Shown here one piece after another: positions 26,831 to 40,743 of a stretch of DNA of 64,000 nucleotides (position 1 is its first letter; every line of letters begins with the position of its first letter). The position numbers and the translations under genes were made by a program. The notes beneath the pieces are model-generated. The model did no database searches. It saw nothing but the letters and a program-made list of their open reading frames with translations, and was not told the origin of the DNA. Origin of the DNA: Schmidtea polychroa (taxonomy: Eukaryota); the NCBI GenBank assembly GCA_044892525.1, contig CM097885.1:1986001-2050000 (forward strand). Direction: 5' to 3'.

Positions 26831-28429
26831 TAATATTATTATTATTACTATTGCAAGATATATTTAAAAATATTAATATATTCTGACGTTTGTGATATGT
26901 TGAAATTGTATCATTGCATTGCTCAAAATATTACTTTTGTTGGTCAAAAACTGAATTTAGGCCCAATTAGCAGTAACTAAGGGCTCGTCATACTAGTGTC
27001 CAGGGGGTCGTGTGAAGCTAGTAATTTTTATTTTATTGTAATTGTAATCGACTCATAAAACTGTAGGTGACAAAATTTGACTCAACATTTAAATTACACT
27101 AATATGTTTGTTATAGGACACTAAGAGTTCTTTTATCTAATATCCAGTGAGCTATGGGTAGCAAACATCTAACATACAATTGACTTAAACCTTCTAAGGA
27201 AAATAAATAAATGAAAATAAGGATAGATCGCTGCTCAAAATTTTGAAGCTTAGAACTAAACTTCCAAACGGTAACATAAAGGAGGATTCCTGCTCAAAAT
27301 TTTGGAAGCTGATATTGAACAACATCAGTATTATAAGAAGCTTAAAACCCACAAACAAGGAAATAAGGGTGGATCACTGCTCAAAACTTTCTCAGGAAAT
27401 GATCGTCATGAAATACATGATCCCCTTATAAATTCACGTGTTACAATTTCCGCCGAACGAGATAAATAATAATTACCATGTCTTGGTTTTATGCATCTCG
27501 AATTTATTGGGTTTATAAAATTGGGAACTTAACTGAAGTCAGACACACGCCTTCTATAGGCAGTCAACGAAACCAATCGAATGCTCGACGATTATAGTGT
27601 ACAAAGGTAAGCTCACTTTCGCAAATATTTACCCACTCGATACAGTTCCAACGTTGATTGCTCAATGGGTATACAGTGGTAAAGCAAGGTTGCATTTTGG
27701 GTTACCCTGGAAACAGCAGTGAGAGATATAGTTCGGTTACCCGTAACTCACCATTTATATTTAATTAAATTATCCACATATATTATATTAGAAAATTATT
27801 TTTGTTTTAATATATTTTTGAAACAACTTATGAATATAGTTAAATCTTCTAATATGCGACCATGCCGATGCTGGGATTTATTCGACAGGCTGAAATATTT
27901 AAAGTTGAAGAAATGGACAAATGGTTTGAACTTACTCAAATGTCAGAATATCATAGAGGACTATTCTTGAAGGCGTTGAATAAATGGAAGCAACTCGTAA
28001 ATTTGACCAAACGCATGCTGAGGAAATGATTCGATTAGAGAAAATTAGCAAAAAATGTAATTCGACACAGCCTGACAGAAGATGCTCTGAAAGCATTTTG
28101 AATTTAAAATGTCATTGAAGATAACCGAAGAAAGATTTGAAATTACAAGGTCTGAAAACTTTCGAAGAAATGAAAGATAGAATTATCAAATTCGATTAAA
28201 TAAAAAATGAAAATGCAAAAGCTGCAATATTAAATGTAGGTCAAGCCTGGAATCAAAGGAGGCTAAAGCAATGACAGATGAATGGAAGAAATGAACAAAA
28301 TGATTTTGCTAGACAACCTGAATATAAATCACCAAAATCTCCAAATCAACAACAAACGAATGAACTGACAACGGATATCAAGAAATATTAATTAACAGAA
28401 TAAAAGGAGGAATTCATATTCAAATGCTA

Positions 28430-29035
28430 ACACCCATCCGAAGCTGATTCTGATTACGAAGATGAAAATGATGTTAAAGAAATTGTATCTGAAAAAAGAG
28501 CAAAATATTCAAAAGCAGATGAGTTACAGGAATTCTTAACTAAAGAACTTGCTAAACCCAATCCAACAGCTGCATTCAACTATAGTTTACAAGATATAAA
28601 AAGGGAAATAATTGTTTACGAACACATTAAAATAAAAACAAATTTACTATCAAAAATTTATAATGGATTGTTAAGCGTGCGGCCATCATCAGTGGAGGCA
28701 GAAAGAAGCTTTAGTGCTGCTGGTTTGTTCGTTACAAAGCTCCGGACATCCTTGAACGACAATACGTTGGATAAACTCTGCTTCCTACGTGCACATTTAT
28801 TAAATGAAAAAAATATAAACTAAATATTTTATAATGTATTATTTTATTTTTTACCTATATATGTACTGAATTTAATTTGAAGTGAAATAAACTTTTATTT
28901 TTGTTAAAATGCAGAAGTTATTTACTTAAAATACATATTAAAAAAATTAATAAATTAATCGATTAATCGACTCAAAAACTGAACAATTAATCGTTAATCA
29001 TTTTTCTCTAAAATCGATTAATCAACCATGCCCTA
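28430..29035 (+). mobile_element. 3' fragment of a hAT transposon
   Basis: LLSVRPSSVEAERSFSAAGLFVTKLRTSLNDNTLDKLCFLR (hAT dimerization domain), AATCGATTAATC subterminal repeats, and terminus CATGCCCTA at 29035. Confidence 0.85.
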
Positions 29036-30047
29036 TCATCTACGATCAGAATTTTCAAATGTTCAATGCAACCTCTCTCACCCCATTGTTGAAGCTCACC
29101 AACAGAGGTTCCAGAGTTCCGGATATATGACTGCTTGTTACTGGAGGTGTTATTACAAAAGTAAATGGAAGGTGTTTTGTACGCTATTTTATGTATCTAT
29201 CACTTTTGGGTTAGTAATATTGTTGTACTGTAATAAAGTTGTTTGTTTTTATGATTTTTGTTCTTTCAATAAATATTTACCTATACACACATACGCACAC
29301 ACAATTCATGCACACGCACCTCCGCTGTCCCGATACAGTTTTTTAAAGGAGACTGCTGAGTTCAACAAATTTCTTCAACATAGCATTCTACGTTATAATA
29401 AACTTTCAAGAAGAATTCAATATTTATTTAAAAATGAATGCGAAGAATGCATATGAAATAAATTTTATCGAAGAAAAGAAAATTGATTAAGGAATACGAA
29501 AATGTATTTATGAAAAATAAATGGGATTTTGAGAAAAGAGAAATCATTATAAAGGGACCTCCATAGAGAACTGTGAATCTCAATATAATGCACCATTGGT
29601 ATGCATTAAAATGAAAAGAAAATATGATATAAGAATTTGCTTAGATTTTAGAGCAATTAATTTAGTAACAGAGTGACCTGTTCTCCACATATCTAATACA
29701 GAAGAAATGATGGACGTTCTGATTGGATCCAAATGCTTTATAACATTGGATATAGGTAGCGCATACTACCAAGTTGAGTCAACTGATGAATCAAAAACGA
29801 AAATTACATTCCCAACAAAAGACGAGCAAAAGAGTTATGAGGCAGCAATCAAACAAAATTAGTCTGGACAAATGAATATGAAACTCCATTTCAAGGTATG
29901 AAAGAGCAACCAATAAAAGAACCAATATTTGTTCTTCCAGATTTTAGAAAGGAATTTATACTGGATACAGATAAAATCTTTGACAGAATTAGAACTGCTC
30001 TGTCACAACTAGATTCTAATGGAAATGAAAGAGTAATGGCTTCTGAA

Positions 30048-30469
30048 CAGTGCCTAGGAAAGAGAGTGTGGGGCCCGGGGCCAAATTTTTTTGGGCCTTT
30101 TTTTAATAATTAAAAAATATATATAGTTAGCGACAACACAATATAAAAACAAATTTTATTATATTAATGATTTACGGGCTTTTAAAATTGCAAATTTATC
30201 AATTATTTCACTAAAATTTAGGTTTCTCGCAATATCGTTATTAATATGCAGCATTGCTAATTCATTTAGCCGCTCTTGTGCCATTGTAGATCTCAAGAAA
30301 TTCTTAATACGTTTTTGAGCTGAAAACGTACGTTCAGACTCGGCTACAGAAACCGGGATTGTCAAAAATATTCTTAATACAACTACAAGATTTGGAAAAA
30401 TTGTTGAAAATTTTGAAGATTTGGGGCCCGGGGCCAGTGGCCCCTCTGGCCCGCCTCTCCTAGGGCCTG
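30048..30469 (-). mobile_element. Non-autonomous hAT element (422 bp) inserted in the Gypsy RNase H
   Basis: TIRs CAGTGCCTAGGA / CAGGCCCTAGGA. TSD CTTCTGAA / CTTATGAA (7/8). Retains TIPVSVAESERTFS..KRIKNFLRSTMAQERLNELAMLHI. The RNase H frame resumes after it. Confidence 0.9.
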
Positions 30470-31517
30470 CTTATGAATCACATGCGCTGAACGCACATAA
30501 GCTAGGCTATCCCATCACTAGAAAATAACTACTTACAATTTATTATTTTACGTAACATTTATGCGGCGGGAAATGTTTATGCACAAAACCAAAACATCAC
30601 AATTTCAGATGTAGATTTATCACCTTAATAAGTACAATTAAGTAAGCAATCAATATAAACATAACAAAACAAAACACTGAAATTACCAATAATATAATTT
30701 ACAAAAATCAGCAATTCAAATGATAGTGGTAAATCCGAGATTTATGGTAGAGGACAAATATAACTTTCTATTATAGTCCGAGAACAAAGATCGGTAGTAA
30801 ATTGAAATAAAGATAAAAATAATGGCTTAATCAAAATATCAAAAACGTGATCTCGTAAAAATTCGGTAATGAAATGGTTTTCCAAGAATAGTTAAGTCGT
30901 AAAGTCTAAAGATTAAATTGAGTCCGCAAAAGATTTTTAAAAATAAAGTGGTAAAGTGTCCACTGAGACGGCCCTTTATATATAGTTTTTTGTGTATGTA
31001 TTTGACCAATCAGGATCGATCGTGTGTGTTTTTGATAGTGATTTATTTTATTTTTTGATTTTAAATTCCAATCTTTTTGATTGTTCCCTTTGTTTCTTTG
31101 TTTTGTTTTAATCTATTATTTTACATTAATTTCTTTCTTTTTCTTTTTATTCATGATTGTTAGTGGTAAATTATGAGGTCAATGCGCGAGCAATGCCATT
31201 TTTTGTGTTAAATTATTGGTTTATCTCGCGTCTGTGTGCGCTTTTTGCTTTGTTGATTGGAATTGTGTGCGCACACAGACGCGAGCAAGAGGTATGACAA
31301 TTTTGATTAGGTTTTTGTGATTTTGTAATTTTTTAGATTTTGATTTTGAATAGGATGATGAGTTATGTTTTTTGAGTTTAATGGAGTCGAATTATGATAA
31401 AATATGGCTGCTTTTAATGAGGAAATTTATGAAGCAAACAATATGATCGAGGATAAATGTTCTTTTGAATCTGATAACGTCAATGGTGTTTTTGGCCAAC
31501 TAATATCAAATTTATTT

Positions 31518-31890
31518 GGTGGATTGCTTTCCGTTGGTATTCGAGGCAATAATTGTGATGTAGTAGCTACACAAAGAAAGGTTCCAGATAAAATGATTGA
31601 GAAGAAATCAGCTACAAGATTGTTTAATATTACTGAAAGTACTGGAGGTGTTATGACTGGTATGATCCCTGATTATCGATCTCAAGTATGTCGTGCACAA
31701 ATGGAAGCAGCTCGATTTAGATATAAAAATGGATATGAAATGCCTTGTGACATAATATGTCGTTGCGGATATTAATAAGCTTTACACCTAATCGGCTGAG
31801 ATGCGACCATTAAGTTGTTCAATGATGGCATTATCTTATGATATTGAAATGGACAAACCGTTATTATTCGAAACTGATCCCAGTGGCTCT
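31518..31890 (+). pseudogene. PSMA6: Processed fragment of proteasome subunit alpha type-6 inside the LTR element
   Basis: GGLLSVGIRG..C.VVATQRKVPDK...TRLFNITE..G.VMTGM..D.RSQV.RA..EAA.F.YKNGYEMP.D..C, then, after a small frameshifting deletion, ADI...YT*.AEMRPL.C.M....D.E....L..TDPSG. This matches the alpha1/PSMA6 sequence. No introns. Confidence 0.88.
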
Positions 31891-32359
31891 GTTGATCACA
31901 ATAAAATTGTTATTTTATATCTTGATTTTAAACAGTTAGAACGATCGCGTTTACATATAATTCTTATCCTATGGATAATAATGAGTTTCGAGAAAATCGA
32001 GAATTCGCAATCGATGATAAGATATGGATTAAGGAGGATATAACAACAAAGGATGATTATAGTTATGATGGTCCTGGATAAATAATTAAGAAAATACATG
32101 ATCGGAGCTACGTGATAAAAAAAGGAACTAGAAAAATAAAAACAAGAAATGTAGAATGGCTAAAAGAATTTAAAAAAAATTCTAAATATTCTAAATATTA
32201 ATAAATTCGGATGTTTGTGGTATGTTTAAATAGCTTAATTACATTTCTCGGTATATTATTTATATTTAGTTCTCCACATACATTATATTAGAAAATTGTT
32301 TTTGTTTAAATAATATATTTTTGAAACAACTTATGAATAAAGTTAAATCTTCTTCTAAC

Positions 32360-32525
32360 AATTATTATTATTGTATTTATTAAAAACCTTGACTATGAAT
32401 CAGTAAATATATCGAACAAAATACCAAAAACATCGATATATTTACTGATTCATAGTCAGGCATTTTAATAAATACAATGTCAATGGAAAAGAAATCAGTG
32501 GTGAAATTTGAAAACAGATATTATA
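32360..32525. mobile_element. Short repeat family D (PLE-tail-like) with a 5' inverted copy
   Basis: IR CTTGACTATGAATCAGTAAATATATCGA / TCGATATATTTACTGATTCATAGTCAGG, then ..GAAAAGAAATCAGTGGTGAAAT.. into (AAT)n. Related copies at 33440-33517, 54215-54350 and 60295-60430 (-). Confidence 0.6.
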
Positions 32526-32583
32526 ATAATAAATATAATTATTTTTATTTTATTATTATTTTTATTATTATTTTTATTATTAA

Positions 32584-32682
<99 letters not shown>

Positions 32683-33589
32683 TTATATTTTAAAGAAAGG
32701 AAATGTCCAGTTCAATTGAAGGAAGAGAGGAAATGAGATTCCTTGCATAGTGAAAGTATCTCATATGGGAACGAATGTAATTCGCCACATGCGATTTCTC
32801 AAAATTTTGATATTTCCTAGGCTTTGTGAGATGTTGTGAACCGCCAGGTGACGTTTAAAATCAAAATCCATTAAACGATTCAATTTAATAAAAAAATTTA
32901 CAACTGAAAATTAAAATTTATAATTTTTTTCAGAAATTTTGTTATAAAATTTTCCTATAGAAAATAAAATGGGAAATTTCGATAAGACATTTGCATTGAG
33001 ATCGGTTTGATTGAATGGGAAACGGAATGTTACAAATAACATGATGGTCAACATCCGGTTTGTGATCCTGATCCTGATCTTATCTGTTCAGTCGGCGTTG
33101 ATTGACATGACAAGATTATGGCGATTCGCAATGGCGTGACAACTTTATTTATTGATTTGGTATTAAATTTTTATTTTTTTTTTAAATGGACTCTCCATTT
33201 CTATGCAACCTACGGGAATCAGTCAAGCATAAAGAATTCATTTTTATTGTCAAAATCAAGATTGAAAGGCCAAAGAATTATTATTTTTATTTTTAAAAGA
33301 AAATATTTGCTATATAATTATAATTATTTACATTATCCATTTAGTGTCCACCCCTCCCCCTGTCGAATGATGCCAAATAGTGATATACTATTTCATCTTG
33401 TAAATCTTTATTATACATAATCATTATAAAAAAATAAAAAAAGGCAGTGCCGAAAATTTTTGAATATGAAAAAAACATCTATATATTTACTGATTCATAG
33501 TCAAGCTTTTTAATAAATTATTATTATTATTATTATTATCATTATTAAAATAAACAGTACAAGCTTTATGATACCCAGTGCAAATCCCA

Positions 33590-33631
33590 ATAGTAGACTA
33601 GTTTCGAGCTTTTGGCTCTCATCAGTACTAT
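33590..33631 (-). ncRNA. Minimal type I hammerhead ribozyme, canonical core
   Basis: Minus strand: ATAGTA CTGATGA GAGC-CAAAA-GCTC GAAA C TA GTC TACTAT. 6-bp stem I, 4-bp stem II, palindromic stem III (ACTAGT), GUC cleavage triplet. Confidence 0.85.
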
Positions 33632-33880
33632 GCTGGAGACGCAAAGATTTCTCTTCGCACCAGGTAAGTATAAAATATTGCTGATTCAACTCTATTGCAT
33701 ACTTTACCTGCTACACAGAAAATCACATCGCTTGCAAATTAGCTAAATCACAGAAAAATCATAATCCCCTGTGTGAGCTAAAAAATTAGTCGATACACAG
33801 AAACTGTTTACAAGCGCATCCGATTACCTTTAGCATTTTTAACTTATAAAGTAATGGTGTAACATTTTTTTGTATTTTTG

Positions 33881-33924
<44 letters not shown>

Positions 33925-33939
33925 TTATTATTATTATTA

Positions 33940-33996
<57 letters not shown>

Positions 33997-33998
33997 CA

Positions 33999-34124
<126 letters not shown>

Positions 34125-35081
34125 ATTTCCTATTAGACAAGTAAATATTGCAAAGTTGAAATAATTTTATTTAATTTAATGAAAATAATAATAATAATTG
34201 TAAAATATGCTTTGATATTTGTTTTATTAATCTCTAAATTCTTCTCAATATTAAGATTATTAAAATTTCAACTTTTAATTATTTTTTCTTTTATTTAATA
34301 CAAATATTAGGAAATAAATAATTAATTATTTGTCCGTAATTTGTCAATTATTCCGTTGTATATATTATATGAAGATTTCATCCACATTTCCCAGATCAAG
34401 TTTAGGTCAAGGAGCATTTGAATGGACATTTCTGTTGTTATTTTATAATTTGATTATTTTGTTTAAATTTGTTATTTGATTGCCGTTAAAAATGAGCTTT
34501 CAATTGAGAAATAAACTCAGTATGAAATGGCGAGTTTATTAAAATAGCCTCCATATCTCCAGTTGCCATGGTTGAATCAGAAAGAGCGCATTAAAACAAA
34601 ACTCAATCGAAATTATTTCATCAGAAATAATACCAAAGCCAGTATATGGGAAACCTAATCTAATTTATACGAACGCGAGTAAGGAAAGCGAGAGTGAATA
34701 TTTGGCCTGGCGTGTGTTACAGAGTGATAAGAGTAATTCAACATTTATAGCTAATTTCCTTAAAGAGCTCTGAGTCCTCTCAACAAGCTATTAAACAATT
34801 TTCTTTTATTGAAAAATGCATTTAAATAATTTGATAATACGAGATCTGAATGCTCTATTTTGCTGATTCTCTACAAGTGGCCCCCTCGCCACACGCAATA
34901 CAGATGGGTCAGTCAGAGCATTGCTATAGACAATTATTACGGGAGAAATTGCACTGTGCACCAATCAATATACTCATGTCACATCTATTTATGTCGACTC
35001 CATTTTTGCAAATTTTTGTAGATTTTTGGGAATTTCCTTATTTTTCAGGAGTGTGACGCAACTAAAAGTTAACAGAAATTA

Positions 35082-35201
<120 letters not shown>

Positions 35202-35202
35202 T

Positions 35203-35318
<116 letters not shown>

Positions 35319-35374
35319 TGTAATAATAATAAATATAAGTAAAACTACAATAAAAGTTAGTTTGAATATCAATT

Positions 35375-35415
35375 CTATCTGACGATGACAGTGAGTTTGT
35401 CGAAATATATTGTAG
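35375..35415 (+). ncRNA. Minimal type I hammerhead ribozyme (family E)
   Basis: CTAT CTGACGA T GACA-GTGAGTT-TGTC GAAA TATA TT GTAG, with palindromic stem III ATATAT. Confidence 0.75.
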
Positions 35416-35419
35416 TTAA

Positions 35420-36718
35420 ACTTATTTTAGTGTAGACCCCTTTTTTTATTGAAATTCTCAGGACCAAGGAGACCCACCTGAATTGACCTAGAAAAATCCA
35501 TGCTTCTTTAGTGGTAATTCAAATTTCTATTGAAAATATCCTGAGACCTTAAATTACCACTGTTTTTAGTGTAGACCACCTTTTTGTATTGAAAAAATTT
35601 TTTTTTGTATTGAAAATCCCAGGACCATCGAGATTCCCTCACTATAGTCTGACAAATTCATGCTTTTTTAGTGATAATTGGATTTTTGTATTGAAAATAT
35701 CCTGAGACCTTATATTACCATGCTTTTTTATTGAAGACCGCCTTTTTCTATTGAAAAAATTTTTTTGTATTGAAAATCCCAGGAACATCGAGACCCCCGC
35801 ACTATAGTGTGAATAATCCTTGGCTTTTTTATTGAAGACCACCTTTTTGTATTGAAAAAAAAATTTTGTATTGAAAATCCCAGGACCATCGAGACCCCCT
35901 CACTATAGTGTGAATAATCCTTGGCTTTTTTATTGAAGACCACCTTTTTGTATTGAAAAAAAAAATTTTGTATTGAAAATCCCAGGACCAAGGAGACCCC
36001 CTCACTATAGTGTGAATAAAAAAAAAATTTGGACTAAAAATCCCTGAAAGCAAAAAATGTGAGTTGCGGCAATTGCGTAATAAAAAGTTGCCGCAAAAAA
36101 AAGTTGCCTGCGGTAACTCTTTTTTTGCTTTTTTGATTACGCAATTGCGGCAACTTTTTTTTTAATTTTTTGTTATGTAATTGTTGCAGTAAGCTAAGCT
36201 TATTTTTTTTTCTAGGATTTTCAATACAAAAAAAAGATTTGCCGCAATTGCGTAATCAAAAAAGGAAGAAAAAACTCGATTTGCATTTGCAGGGCGCTCC
36301 TAACTACCGACTAAACAGCGCCTGAGAAATGAAAATTTTTTCAATGACAATTTTACATGAAAATTAAGGTCTAAAATTTTCAATTAAAGTAAATTATGGT
36401 CTATATTTATTTATGGTCTATATTTATCTGTATTTATGGTCTATATATAAAAAATATTTTTCAATACAAAAAGGTGGTCTACACTAAAAACAGTGGTAAT
36501 TTAAGGTCTCAGGATATTTTCAATACAAATTTGAATTACCACTAAAGAAGCATGGAATTTTCTAGGTCAATTCAGGTGGGTCTCCTTGGTCCTGAGAATT
36601 TCAATACAAAAATCTGATTATCACTAAAAAAGCATAGAATATTCAAAGTAAATTCAGGTGGGTCTCCTTGGTCCTGAGAATTTCAATAAAAAAGTGGTCT
36701 ACACTAAAATAAGTTTAA
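35420..36718. repeat. Foldback-like composite: ~105-bp tandem units with long inverted arms
   Basis: Units ..GTATTGAAAATCCCAGGACCATCGAGACCCCCTCACTATAGTGTGAATA.. repeat at about 35575-36010. 35420-35620 is inverted at about 36455-36718. A central GCGGCAATTGCGTAAT IR cluster lies at 36050-36270. Confidence 0.85.
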
Positions 36719-36759
36719 CTACAATATATTTCGACAAACTCACTGTCATCGTCAGATAG
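36719..36759 (-). ncRNA. Minimal type I hammerhead ribozyme (inverted copy of 35375-35415)
   Basis: Exact reverse complement of the 35375 motif. It continues into the family E UTR (to ~36975), which is inverted again at ~37060-37235. Confidence 0.75.
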
Positions 36760-37226
36760 AATTGATATTCAAACTAAATCAATCTAATTTTATCTTTTTA
36801 AACAAACTAATTCATTAATTGTTACAAACATAATTTTGCTAAAAAATTATAAAATTCTGTTTTCTCAATTCAAATTTTTAAAAATTCAAAAAGTTTTAAA
36901 ATTTTAAAACTTACAAAATTCACAAAAGTTGAAATCAAACAACATTTCAATAAATTTTTCACAAAATTGTGTTTACCAATATTAATCGATTCCTTGAGTC
37001 GATAGTGATCAAGAACTTAAGAACGGAGATGACGGGCAGCTCAAGCAGTTCTGAAATTGAAGTTCTTAGTATTTTTAAAAGTTTGAATTGAGAAAACAGA
37101 ATTTTATGAATATTTAGCAAAATTATAATTTAATAAAATTAATGAATTAGTTTGTTTAGAAAAGAGCAATTTAGATTGATTTAGTTTGAATTTCAATTCT
37201 ACCTAACGATGACAGTTAGTCTGTTG

Positions 37227-37297
<71 letters not shown>

Positions 37298-37366
37298 TTG
37301 GCGTTTTTAGTCATATTTAAATCGATGCCATTATTTAGCGACTGTTATAATAATAATATTAATAAT

Positions 37367-37536
<170 letters not shown>

Positions 37537-37553
37537 TAATAATAATAATAATG

Positions 37554-37856
<303 letters not shown>

Positions 37857-38339
37857 GATGTGAAACATATAAAATATAAAATAAAATCGATATATATAAT
37901 TAAATTTATAAAAACATTTATCTGATGCATTCTGACATTTATACGCCAAAATTGAAGACGATTATTTCTTCTTTTACCTACATGGGCATATTTATGCCAA
38001 AACCAAATGAATTAATTATGAAATTAATAATGGCATTTGCCATATCTGCAAGGCCACGAATCCAGACGAAATATTTCATTTGAATAGGAGAGATATTGGG
38101 ACGAGGTCGCTCTCAAACTTATCCCCACATTCATACAAATATACATCACTGTCTCGTTCACATCATTTTCCTTTAATACTTACGATTGTAACTGGTCACC
38201 CCCTCATTGCATAATATCTAGGGAATTCTGATTCAAATCAGCAAGGACTATCAATTGTGTAGATAAATGACCATTACCAAAGCAAGGAATTATAAATATA
38301 ATCATTATTAATATTAATATTATTATTAATTATATTTTA

Positions 38340-39452
<1,113 letters not shown>

Positions 39453-40384
39453 TAAGTTGAATATGAAAAGGTAAATTAAGAGAAATTCTGTGCTTATAGA
39501 GTTGAAGAAAAGAAATGTATGGTAAAGAAAGGTTGGTGGAGAATTGATGGGGTTGACATGTAATTATGATATGGAGGAAGGATGATATGAACTGGGAAGC
39601 TGATAATGAAGCCAATTCCCATTAGCTGGTTAATAATTATATAATTGTCCAATTGCATTGCAATGCTCTTTTAACTTTAATAATGTTGAAATATGCGATT
39701 AATATCATAAATATTATTTGCAAATTTTATATTTGAGATTTGTTTTCATTCACAACATTGGTGAGATATTTTTCTTTTATTATATGAAATGATTTCCCCT
39801 ATCCTCCCTTGACTGGAATTGAGCTAGGGACTTGCAGGGGCTTCATGTCAAGCAGCGCTGCATTATTTATGGGGAAATATTAATATCAATTAATTCATTA
39901 TGTAAACCTGCACCATTTTCATTGATAACATACTATTGTCCATTGTTCACTATTCAACCGTGACCTCAATCAGACTAATGGCCATAGCTATGGTGATTTA
40001 TGCTCATTTCTATGCCTTTATCCCGACGGAAACATTTCCCTTCAGCTTTCAATAAGAATTTTGAAAAATAAAAATTAATCAAAATTTCGCTGGATTTTTC
40101 AATTACAATTTCCCATCTTTCCATCATTAATAAATATTTATTATCCATCTGATTAAATATTTCAAATTTTTCACTGGGTCATTTCTATTGCGATAAACAT
40201 TTTGTTTATCAAATCAACATCATTATCGTAAAACAAATAAAATAAATAAAAATAAAAATTTTAAATTTCATTTGCTCATTTTCTTAAAATCTGTTGATGT
40301 GATAAGCTTATCTGTACCAGACTTTTCCGGTATTTATTTATATGCCTATGCCTCATTAATAATAATAATTATTATAATTATAAT

Positions 40385-40491
<107 letters not shown>

Positions 40492-40682
40492 TAATAATAA
40501 TAATAACAATAATAATAATAACAATAATAATAATAATAATAACAATCATAATTAATAACAATAATAATAATAATAACAATAATAATAATAATAACAATAA
40601 TAATAATAACAATAATAATAATAATAACAATAATAATAATAATAACAATAATAATAATAATAACAATAATAATAATAATAAC

Positions 40683-40743
<61 letters not shown>

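Larger units (their letters stand above)
27753..32360 (+). mobile_element. Decayed, nested Gypsy-type LTR element
   Basis: ~100-bp direct repeats at 27753-27852 and 32257-32360 (the latter ends ..TCTAACA). Degenerate RT/RNase H at 29480-30560 (IRICLDFRAIN, TLDIGSAYYQVE, FILDTD) and an integrase tail at ~32060-32180 (GPG..IKKIHDRSY...RNVEWLKEFKK), both homologous to the pol at 16917-19444. Confidence 0.75.

Noticed and set aside
27220..27400. Three degenerate repeats containing GCTCAAAA
   Set aside because: Irregular period and too decayed to assign. Not CRISPR-like.
35636..36012. CTCACTATAG resembling a T7/T3 promoter (vector contamination)
   Set aside because: Only a partial match, and it is an integral part of the ~105-bp genomic repeat unit.
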